Source: Laetmonice hystrix (Eukaryota). From it: a stretch of DNA of 64,000 bases. The number at the start of each line of letters is the position of its first letter. Positions within the stretch are counted from its first letter, which is position 1. The stretch is taken from assembly GCA_965235115.1 (NCBI GenBank), contig OZ249447.1:11966001-12030000 (forward strand), in the 5' to 3' direction. The notes under the pieces were generated by a model. The model did no database searches. It had not been told where the DNA came from and was given only the letters and a program-made list of their open reading frames with translations. Made by a program: the position numbers and the translations under genes. Shown piece after piece: positions 27,012 to 38,005 of this stretch.

Positions 27012-28122
27012 GATCAGAGATCACCTATCTCAGACCTGACTCCCAGAGATAGATCACCTATCTCAGACCTCACTCCCAGAGATAGATCACCTATCTCAGA
27101 CCTCACTCCCAGAGATAGATCACCTATCTCAGACCTCACTCCCAGAGATAGACCACCTATCTCAGACCTGACTCCCAGAGATAGATCACCTATCTCAGAC
27201 CTGACTCCCAGAGATAGATCGCCTATCTCAGACCTGACTCCCAGAGATAGATCACCTATCTCAGACCTCACTCCCAGAGATAGATCGCCTATCTCAGACC
27301 TCACTCCCAGAGATAGATCACCTATCTCAGACCCTCCGCTCCAAGAGATAGATCACCTATCTCAGACCTCACTCCCAGAGATAGACCACCTATCTCAGAC
27401 CTGACTCCCAGAGATAGATCACCTATCTCAGACCTGACTCCCAGAGATAGATCGCCTATCTCAGACCTGACTCCCAGAGATAGATCACCTATCTCAGACC
27501 TCACTCCCAGAGATAGATCGCCTATCTCAGACCTCACTCCCAGAGATAGATCACCTATCTCAGACCCTCCGCTCCAAGAGATAGATCACCTATCTCAGAC
27601 CCTCCGCTCCAAGAGATAGATCACCTATCTCAGACCTCACTCCCAGAGATAGATCACCTATCTCAGACCTGACTCCCAGAGATAGATCACCTATCTCAGA
27701 CCCTCCGCTCCCAGAGATAGATCACCTATCTCAGACCTCACTCCCAGAGATAGATCACCTATCTCAGACCTCACTCCCAGAGATAGATCACCTATCTCAG
27801 ACCTGACTCCCAGAGATAGATCACCTATCTCAGACCTGACTCCCAGAGATAGATCACCTATCTCAGACCTCACTCCCAGAGATAGATCACCTATCTCAGA
27901 CCTCACTTCCAGAGATAGACCACCTATCTCAGACCCTCCGCTCCAAGAGATAGATCACCTATCTCAGACCTCACTCCCAGAGATAGATCACCTATCTCAG
28001 ACCCTCACTCCCAGAGATAGATCGCCTATCTCAGACCTCACTCCCAGAGATAGACCACCTATCTCAGACCCTCCGCTCTCAGAGATAGATCACCTATCTC
28101 AGATCCTCCGCTCCCAGAGATA
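27012..28122. repeat. 33/34-bp hairpin minisatellite, ~33 copies
   Basis: AGAGATAGATCACCTATCTCAGACCTCACTCCC, with stem GAGATAG/CTATCTC. Confidence 0.97.
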
Positions 28123-28299
28123 GCACAGGGGAACACAGCCGACCCCCTCATCTTCACTGTCGCCGCTAACTTGTGCGAAGGTTGATGTACTACTACTTAC
28201 AAAATGGGAATATGTTGCAGGCACTCAGGGTGCCCAACTTTCTGTATCGGTCTACCTGTCGGCCAAACTTTCGCCAACACTAAGAGGGATTGCATCACA

Positions 28300-28835
28300 T
28301 GGGAGAGGAAACCCCAACATGCAGCCGGAAATAGCTCACATAGAAGAGGGAATCACAACATGCGGCACGTAATCCCTCACAAAGAGGAGGGCATCCCAAC
28401 ATGCGGCACAGAATCCCTCACATAGAGGAGGGAATCCCAACATGCGGCACAGAATCCCTCACACAGAGGAGGGAATCCCAACATGCGGTACAGAATCCCT
28501 CACATAGAGGAGGGAATCCCAACATGCGGTACAGAATCCCTCACATAGAGGAGGGAATCCCAACATGCGGCACGGAATCCCTCACATAGGGCGGGAATCC
28601 CAACATGCGGCACGGAATCCCTCACATAGGGAGGGAATCCCAACATGCGGCACAGAATCCCTCACTTGGAGGAGGGAATCCCAACATGCGGCACGGAATC
28701 CCTCACATAGGGCGGGAATCCCAACATGCGGCACGGAATCCCTCACAAAGAGGTGGGAATCCCAACATGCGGCACGGAATTTCTCACATAGGGCGGGAAT
28801 CCCAACATGCGGCATAGATCCCTCACATAGAGGTG
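28300..28835. repeat. 41-bp minisatellite, ~13 copies
   Basis: GGGAATCCCAACATGCGGCACAGAATCCCTCACATAGAGGA. Confidence 0.93.
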
Positions 28836-30887
28836 GCAACCCCTTCATGTGTATGAAACTAGAAGCAGACCAATACAATCAACCGTAAACAAACCATACC
28901 CGAGCCGAGAACCCCACCCCACTACCCCCGGGAGGAGTTGGGGACTGCCCGACCCTCGACCACTATGCCGTGCTGCCGGCTAGCGGGGAGTCTGGCGGGG
29001 AGAGAGAGGGCAGACTGCCAGACTATGTTTGGGTGTTGTTGTTGATGTTGTTGTTGTTGCTGCTGCCACTACCGTCGACGGTGACCTCTTGCGGTCAGGG
29101 TGAGAACCTGACCAGGATACCAGTCTCTGCTCTATTGATCGCCACCATAATCTCTGTCTGCAAGCCTGAACACCCGACCACCGGTAGTCAGCACATGACA
29201 ACAACCTCAACATCAATACACCAGCTCCGACAACCAACTTCCCACCTTGCCTAACCAATCTATAGAAACTCCCTTGATGGGCTTTGCCCCTATTGTCACC
29301 AATGAACATAACAGGATTCTCCTATGTTGGTCACACTGTAACCAATGTACAGGGGTGTGCCTCCTCTGGTGTGCCGTGTGTGTGATGGGGTGTGCCTCTA
29401 CTGTAACCAATATGCCTTTACCAGGATCTCTCTACACTGTTGGTCACGCTGTAACCAATCTAGGGATTCCCTTGATGGGTTGTGCCCCAACTGTAACCAA
29501 TATACGTGTACTAGGATTTTTCTACACTGTTGGTCACACTGTAACCTTTACAAGTTAGCACCTGTCGTTATATCTCTCAAATCACAAAATAAAGGTGCTG
29601 ATCTATTGCTGCATTTAAAATAAATAATCGGTGAGGTAGTGAAAGGACTCCTAATTTTGAAGTAGCCTGGCATGATGGTATGCCTAGTCAAGATACACGG
29701 AAGAAAATTTCCTTTCCAACAAAAATACATACTTTTGTATAATGATACACCAGACAGTACATATACGATTGTACATCACATCAGACCTTGAACTAATGTT
29801 AGTATTAACCCTAACAATCGTCACAGAACCATGGAGCTGGGTGAAGTCGGGTTACAAACAACGCTTTTTAAGACCGACTGCTTGTGTTTTCAGACGGGAG
29901 AGGGTTAAAGTAGATGGGCCAATGGTTCTGTACATCTGGAATATTACAGCTGAAACCTTCGGCCCTGAAAGGTCCGGATACACTTAGACAATGCCCCCTG
30001 ACCGTACCCTGTAAGAGTACCCTCTGCGAACACTCCTATGAGTACCGTTTGAGAGTACCCCATGATAGTAGCCGGTGAGACTACACCATGATGGTACCCT
30101 GTGAGTACCCGGTAGGGGTGCCCTCTTGGAATACTCCTGAGAGTACCATTTGGGAGTAGATCTACTCCATGATAGTACCCATGCAACACACCTTTCGAGC
30201 CAGCGGGCCTCGGGACAGATTAAAAGTTCGATCGGCGCCCCCCCCTCCCGACGTAAAGGTTAGCCAGAGCGAAACATTCTCAGTGAAAGCGGTTGGCAGG
30301 TAAGGGAGACAATGATAGTGTTACCTGGTGATGGGAAGGTGATCTCAGCCTTGTGGTACATTCTGCAAGAGACACAACCACATGTATCTACTGTCAACAG
30401 ATAATATTTACCTTCACATTCAAATAGAAAAAAAGACAACTTTCCATTTATATTCACAATCAATGAAAAGAAGCTTTACCCATGCCGGTTTAGAAATCAT
30501 TTGGACACACGTCATATTAAAATACATTACACCAATCGTCAATCAGCCTCCGACCCCCCCCCCCCCCCCCTCCTCCTCCAAAAAAACAGTTCCAGGAAAC
30601 TGTGATGCTACTCGGTATGTCGGTATTTTCTGCCATGGCTCGTTGACAACCATTGTAAAGAATTGATTAACCTGATTCTGCCCGCCATGCGGCCACAGCG
30701 CCTCACATCTGACACCTAGACTTGTCAACCTGACACTGATTCGTTACTGGTGGCCTCAACACAACACCTGAAACTGATAACTTACCTGGTGGCTTCAACA
30801 CAACACCTGAAACTGATAACTTACCTCAAACTGGTAACTTACCTGGCTCAACAACTGTAAGGTGAGCGTTCACCAAGGCTTAGATAA

Positions 30888-31955
30888 CAGCGTCCTATGC
30901 TATTCTACAGAACGGTCTGGCTATCAGTTTAATGTCATCACTACCCTGACAGGATCTGACACTCTAATGTAGATAACTGACACAGCGTTCTATGCTATTC
31001 TACAGAACGGTCTGGCCATCAGTTTAATGACATCACTACCCTGACAGGATCTGACACTCTAATGTAGATAACTAACAGCGTCCTATGCTATTCTACAGAA
31101 CGGTCTGGCCATCAGTTTAATGTCATCACTACCCTGACAGGATCTGACACTCTAATGTAGATAACTGACACAGCGTCCTATGCTATTCTACAGAATGGTC
31201 TGGCCATCAGTTTAATGTCATCACTACCCTGACAGGATCTGACACTCTAATGTAGATAACTGACACAGCGTTCTATGCTATTCTACAGAACGGTCTGGCC
31301 ATCAGTTTAATGTCATCACTACCCTGACAGGATCTGACAATCTAATGTAGATAACTGACACAGCGTTCTATGCTATTCTACAGAATGGTCTGGCCATCAG
31401 TTTAATGTCATCACTACCCTGACAGGATCTGACAATCTAATGTAGATAACTGACACAGCGTTCTATGCTATTCTACAGAACGGTCTGGCCATCAGTTTAA
31501 TGTCATCACTACCCTGACAGGATCTGACACTCTAATGAAGATAACTGACACAGCGTTCTATGCTTTTCTACAGAACGGTCTGGCCATCAGTTTAATGTCA
31601 TCACTACCCTGACAGGATCTGACACTCTAATATAGATAACTGACACAGCGTTCTATGCTATTCTACAGAACGATCTGGCCATCAGTTTAATGTCATCACT
31701 ACCCTGACAGGATCTGACACTCTAATGTAGATAACTAACAGCGTCCTATGCTCTTCTACAGAACGGTCTGGCCATCAGTTTAATGTCATCACTACCCTGA
31801 CAGGATCTGACAATCTAATGTATATAACTGACACAGCGTTCTATGCTATTCTACAGAACGGTCTGGCCATCAGTTTAATGTCATCACTACCCTGACAGGA
31901 TCTGACACTCTAATGTAGATAACTGACACAGCGTCGTTATTCTACAGAACGTTCT
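30888..31955. repeat. 93/95-bp tandem repeat, ~11 copies
   Basis: CAGCGTTCTATGCTATTCTACAGAACGGTCTGGCCATCAGTTTAATGTCATCACTACCCTGACAGGATCTGACACTCTAATGTAGATAACTGACA. Confidence 0.97.
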
Positions 31956-33095
31956 GGTCATAACTGCAGCTAAATACATGGGCAAAGTTGAGGGAAGTTG
32001 GTATCAAAATCCTTGAGATGCTTTTTAACAAGAAAAGAAAAAAATCCAAAATTATGTCTTTCCGATGACACAGTTATTTTTTTACTTTTTTACAACTTTC
32101 TTGATTTTTCCGGACGTAAACATGTAGAAGCGATGTTGGGAATCGGATCGCAAGCAAAGGATCCAGTCTTTAAGAATAACCTATATGAATAAGCCCATGG
32201 AGTGTTCGTACGTGGGGTTATGGTAAAAAATGGCAAGATATAATATATAACCAAGCCCCTTGCCGTCCTACCAATTTATTTCTGTCGGCCCTGTACTGCC
32301 CTATACACACGTCATGACAATATAAACAGGTTTTTTTCTGGATAAGACGTGCACACAGCAAACATCCGCCTGTGGATGGCCCAACACAAATGTTGACGTG
32401 TTTACACAAACCACTCAACCATGTCCTAGGTCAGCATGGCTTTGTCTACACCGAGTAAACCCAACAAAACGTTGCTCCTGGGGACAGCTCGTTTCTCTTT
32501 CACCGACCAGCGCACTACCTACCCCCCCCCCCCCCCGCCTTCCTGAACATATCCTGAGCCAATCCACCGCACCCCATATCCCAGCCCGACTACCACATAC
32601 CCTATCCCAACCCCACCACCACCACCCCCTCGCCCCACACCCGCATGAGAGGGACTGGGGGGGGGGGGTCCCTGTACGAGGGGGATTCCCTGTATGACGT
32701 CACAGAGGGGGATTTCCTGTATTCTGCTTAGAACAGGCAATCAGCTCTCAGCCTATTGTTCTTGTTCAAACCATAGACGTCTATGATCAAACTGATCAAC
32801 TTTTGACTTTACAAAATATCACGACCTCCGCAGCTCGAGGCCTCAGTGTGGCCAGTCAATGCTACTGGTGAGACGTTCAATCTGACTGAGGTGTGCTCTC
32901 ATAATCCTCATTAACAATCATTAACAAGTTTGCCTGATTGTGACTTAATCTACTAGCGTCATACAATTTATGGTTTATGTCTTGTGACCCACAGACGCAC
33001 AAACTGTCTTTATTGTTCAAATACTTTCCCTTCATACCCCGGGTGGTTAGAGTTTACAGCTCCCAGTCGGTCACGGTCGGGTGAGTACACCTTAC

Positions 33096-33193
33096 CTGGC
33101 TGTGTGTACCTGTTTTGGTAACCTGATGGCGGGGGGAGGCGGAACCTCCGGGCGGGGGTCTGGAGGGGGCGGGTACCAACAGGTCTTACATTG
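33096..33193 (-). other. Candidate minus-strand exon (98 nt)
   Basis: Acceptor TTTATTGTTTACCCTGGCAG and donor CAG/GTAAGG. Two of three frames are open and proline-rich. Confidence 0.25.
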
Positions 33194-36100
33194 CTGCCAG
33201 GGTAAACAATAAACTCGGAGCACTCACTCATCGCAGCGCCACACAACGGCCAAGAAGCTAACTACTCTCATCTTTTGTAATCTGGCACGGAGAAGTGGAC
33301 AGTAAGATATATCATTGCGTACATTTAGAGCAAACCCTAATATTTTTAACACCCCCTTACTAACCCTTTCACTGACCTTCACCAGATTATTTCCGAAACA
33401 TTCAAGTTAAATTAAAGAAGATATAATGCCATGTGGTCCTTAACATACTAAAAGTATGGTAGTATACTCGTCCACAGAAACTCAATACCAATCTCCCCTC
33501 CATTAGAATCAGGCACCAGTCAATGAAGCGGGTCCCGGGAGAATACAAAAAACATGTTAGACATCCAAAATTCAAACAGAAAAATTGGGGGGGGGGATAT
33601 ATCTGACCATGTCACTGTGGCCAGGGAGAACATCGGGAGAATATAGTAAGTGATAACCATCTAGTTCGCTTTGGATCGAACGGCAAACACAAAGTTTAAA
33701 TATTGCGGAATATAAGTCGACCCCTAACCCGACTGGAGAGGTATAAACTATTTCTGGCCTAATAAAACCCTTAAAAAAGTATTGTAAAGGACTTTTATGT
33801 ATAAACGACTTTAGTGAATAGAAAACTAGAAAGAAATGAATGAATTCTCGGCAAACCACGGAAGAGACAATGTCATGGGCCGTTTAATTTTAAAAAAAAG
33901 ATTCCACAGTTTCTGTCCCGGTGAAGTGTGACGTATCTCCTGGCGCACCTTGTCCGGACCGTGAGCCCCGACTCGGTCGCCGGGTATCCGTGTTTCAAGG
34001 TGTGCTTACACTGACGGGGGTTACGCCAAGTGATATATGACATGTACTCCACGACCCCAGCCCCAGTGCCCTCTGACCTCGGGGGTACGGGTAACGAGGT
34101 CAGCCCTCCCAGACAACGTGTTGCTCAGGCGGCGACTCACTGCATGGCGGCCGACACGGAAGCCGTGGCACTATGCCATAGGTCTACAACCGACGAGCAG
34201 TTTTTTCCCCGGGGCTTGCACACAGGGCTGGCGGCTATGTAGGCTAGAGCTGCCTGCGGTCGTTGGGAACGGAGTCCCATAGTGTTTTCACCGTGCTACT
34301 CTTAACACCAGACACGTCCCTCAACCCCCGTCCGGTGGGAGGCCGGGCGACCGTCCAGGCGGGCGGGCAGCCTCCCTCTGCCGGGCCCCACCGCCGGTCC
34401 CGCCGGGCCACACGCTGCAGCCCGTGGATGGTGGCCCTGCTCCAGTTGTAGCGACGACCACGCTGAACCTGAGCCACAGCTAGCTGCCAGGGTCAACAAG
34501 GAGTCGTAAATCGGGTCGGTGATGGCCGCCCCGACCTGCTCCAGGTCAGGGCGGTCGTCTACCTCCGGCTGATGGCTCGGCGCCCAGTTTGTGGGTGGAG
34601 TCAAACGGAGAAGGTGTTGATCGTGCCATGGAGCTCAGAGTGAAGAAATGAAGAAAGTCATAAACCTGCCCACCATGCTGTGAATACCTGACCTGGAGGC
34701 CGGCATGCCTTCTCTCTCTCAACCGCACAGTTTCATAGATATTTACATGTATTTGATCATTCCCACTTAAAGACAATCTCACGCTCCCACAAATCACTGT
34801 AGACATTTTCAAATTGTCGTGCGTTTATTTTTTCTCCGGCGATATAGTTTGGGATATGCTTGGGATCATGTTTCTTTTACACAATATGGCTATACTAATG
34901 TTTATAAAGTTGAAAGATGACAACATACACGACTAACTTAACGGTCGGATGTGCCCTAAAAATCATGCGTATAGCCCCATCTAGCAAATGCCATTCCGTC
35001 TCATCTCGGAAGATGTGCTATTTTTTTAAGGACTCTCCACTGTGCACACGATCAGGCGTAACACAGTTACTTCCAGAAAGAGAAAGAGTAAGGGGGAGGG
35101 TCCATTGTCCTGTTCAATCTCCCCTATATCTCTCCTAAAAAAAACACACAATTATCATGTAAAAATGTCTAGCGTAGACTTAGGTTGATTTGGGGAACAA
35201 ATCCTTGCAAAGCCATACCAGGCCGGAGGGCAATCAACACGGCCTGAGTGTCCAGATTCCCCGGGCGGGGAGTCCAGTCTGCCCGGCCTGAGTGGGAATG
35301 AGTACCACCTTCCCGGGCCTATTAATAGGTGCCCCCCCCCCCCGCCCCGCCGGCCGGTGGACCACAGTCCGCCGCCCGCCCGCACGAGGTGTGCGCCCCC
35401 TGACCCTGCCGTCAACACCTGCCTACCAACCGTTCTCCTCATCCTGAACCCCAAACACATTCACCAATACATGTCACCCACACAACAACAACACACAACA
35501 ATGCATAAACTTCTGCGGCTTCACACCAAACCGGGAAAACACGCAGAAAAAGCTTGGCATGAAGATGGAGGCATTGACTGAGGCCGGGCCGACGGGGCAG
35601 ACTGCCAACAAACGACAATGGCTGCAGACTCCCGTCACAAGTACGCCACACTGTGGGCTAATATTCGGGACCGACTGTCTATGAGGCTGTATCACCACGT
35701 TACTGACCCGACGGGGGTGGTAATACCTGGACACCGGCGGAGTGGTGGGGGCGGGGGCACCCGGCCTGCGTATGGTCAGACCGGGGACAAACTAGGTCAA
35801 AGGCCTCACTGTCGCCAATTTTTTCACAACCTGTGATACCCGTCAAAAGGATCACCTTCATGCCCGAGATACCCGTCAAAATGAAACACTATCAAAAATG
35901 ACATAACCTTCAAAATTTTGACAACCTGAACTGACGTAATCGTCGAAATGACCATCACCGGGACCGGTATATAAACGTCAAAATCATCACCATCACGCCT
36001 GAGATACCCGTCAAAATCATCAGCCTCAGGTCTTTCATAAGAACATGAGCAGGTAGACGTGAAAGTTTGATTGTCAATTCTCTTGTTAAAGGTACCTCAG

Positions 36101-36691
36101 CTGTCAAATCAGACTCTGCATCCTCCAGGCAAATAGTCGCATCACTGAATCCGGACTTTCCAAGAAACAACGCACATCAAAATTTATCTATGATAATAAA
36201 CTGGAGTAATCAAGCAGTGTTTAACGTGGCTGCTAGGCCTAAAGCAAACTTGTAACATCATGAAACTAACAATTACATGTACGATTTATGCTTATGACTG
36301 TGAGGAAATATACTCTTAATTGATGATTCACAGCGAGTTTTCGTTTGAAAAAAGGGACTGCTTTATATGTCTGGAGCCAATTTTCAGTGTGTGAGTGGCA
36401 GACTGTTACCTGAAGTACTTAGCTCCTTCAACTTACAGTCAGTATGAACCATTGCTCTACCCGGAATCGAGAAGAAATATCGACCCCGAATAAATGCTAC
36501 TAGACCACCATCTCGGAAAGTATTGAAGGAACTTTTCAAATCAGTCATTATACTCGGTTACGCCTCCATGAAAAATAAGCTCCATAGTTGTGGCAAGGTT
36601 GTAAACTTTTAAGTAGCTTTGGTGCCTTAATGCACATGACCGGGTCTCCTGAGTTACATGACTAGGTTTCCTAAGTTAAAACTAGACGGGT

Positions 36692-36835
36692 CCAGGGCCG
36701 GTTTCTCACTCGTTGGGTAAGTCCCTTGCCTACCTTCAGTCATGAATGGACTGTCCAACTGCCTGCAAAAAAAGGTTAGGTAAGGACGGTGACTATTTGG
36801 GGGTCTCAAATGTCATTAAAAAACCCGGCCCCTGG
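36692..36835. mobile_element. Possible MITE with CCAGGG(G)CCGG(G)TTT inverted termini
   Basis: CCAGGGCCGGTTT ... AAAAACCCGGCCCCTGG. TSD unclear. Confidence 0.35.
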
Positions 36836-37049
36836 GTGTTCTAAACTGCCTTGGTAAAGGCATAGACGTACGTCTATGGTAAAGGTAATCCATGTCGTCC
36901 CAACCTTAGAGGGCCAGCCTTCACTATTACACTTCAGGGGGAGGCAAACTTAACTCTGTCACTTGGAGATTTAACGCTAAAGCTAACCCTTCACGGGGAT
37001 GTTAGGGTTAACCCTAGTCTAACACGTCACGTGTAGATTTTAGGGTTAA

Positions 37050-38005
37050 CCCTAACGTGTCACTGGGAGGATAGGGTTAAACTTTACCCTAACGTGTCAC
37101 TGGGAGGATAGGGTTAAACTTTACCCTAACGTGTCACTGGGAGGATAGGGTTAAACTTTACCCTAACGTGTCACTGGGAGGATAGGGTTAAACTTTACCC
37201 TAACGGGTCACTGGGAGGATAGGGTTAAACTTTACCCTAACGGGTCACTGGGAGGATAGGGTTAAACGTTACCCTAACGGGTCACTGGGAGGATAGGGTT
37301 AAACTTTACCCTAACGGGTCACTGGGAGGATAGGGTTAAACTTTACCCTAACGGGTCACTGGAAGGATAGGGTTAAACTTTACCCTAACGGGTCACTGGG
37401 AGGATAGGGTTAAACTTTACCCTAACGGGTCACTGGGAGGATAGGGTTAAACTTTACCCTAACGTGTCACTGGGAGGATAGGGTTAAACTTTACTCTAAC
37501 GGGTCACTGGGAGGATAGGGTTAAACTTTACCCTAGCGGGTCACTGGGAGGATAGGGTTAAACTTTACCCTAACGTGTCACTGGGAGGATAGGGTTAAAC
37601 TTTACCCTAACGTGTCACTGGGAGGATAGGGTTAAACTTTACCCTAGCGGGTCACTGGGAGGATAGGGTTAAACTTTACCCTAACGTGTCACTGGGAGGA
37701 TAGGGTTAAACTTTACCCTAGCGGGTCACTGGGAGGATAGGGTTAAACTTTACCCTAACGTGTCACTGGGAGGATAGGGTTAAACTTGACCCTAGCGGGT
37801 CACTGGGAGGATAGGGTTAAACTTTACCCTAACGTGTCACTGGGAGGATAGGGTTAAACTTTACCCTAGCGGGTCACTGGGAGGATAGGGTTAAACTTTA
37901 CCCTAACGTGCCACTGGGAGGATAGGGTTAAACTTTACCCTAACGTGTCACTGGGAGGATAGGGTTAAACTTTACCCTAGCGGGTCACTGGGAGGATAGG
38001 GTTAG
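37050..38005. repeat. 37-bp minisatellite, ~25 copies
   Basis: GGGTTAAACTTTACCCTAACGTGTCACTGGGAGGATA, with stem TAGGGT/ACCCTA across units. Confidence 0.97.

Noticed and set aside
27006-27906. CRISPR-like palindromic repeats and DRSPISDLTPR ORFs
   Set aside because: No unique spacers, no cas genes, eukaryotic context, and 34-bp variants break the frame.
30778-30792. ACTTACCTGG resembling the U1 snRNA 5' end
   Set aside because: The rest of U1 (stem-loops, Sm site) is absent. It is simply a donor consensus on the opposite strand.
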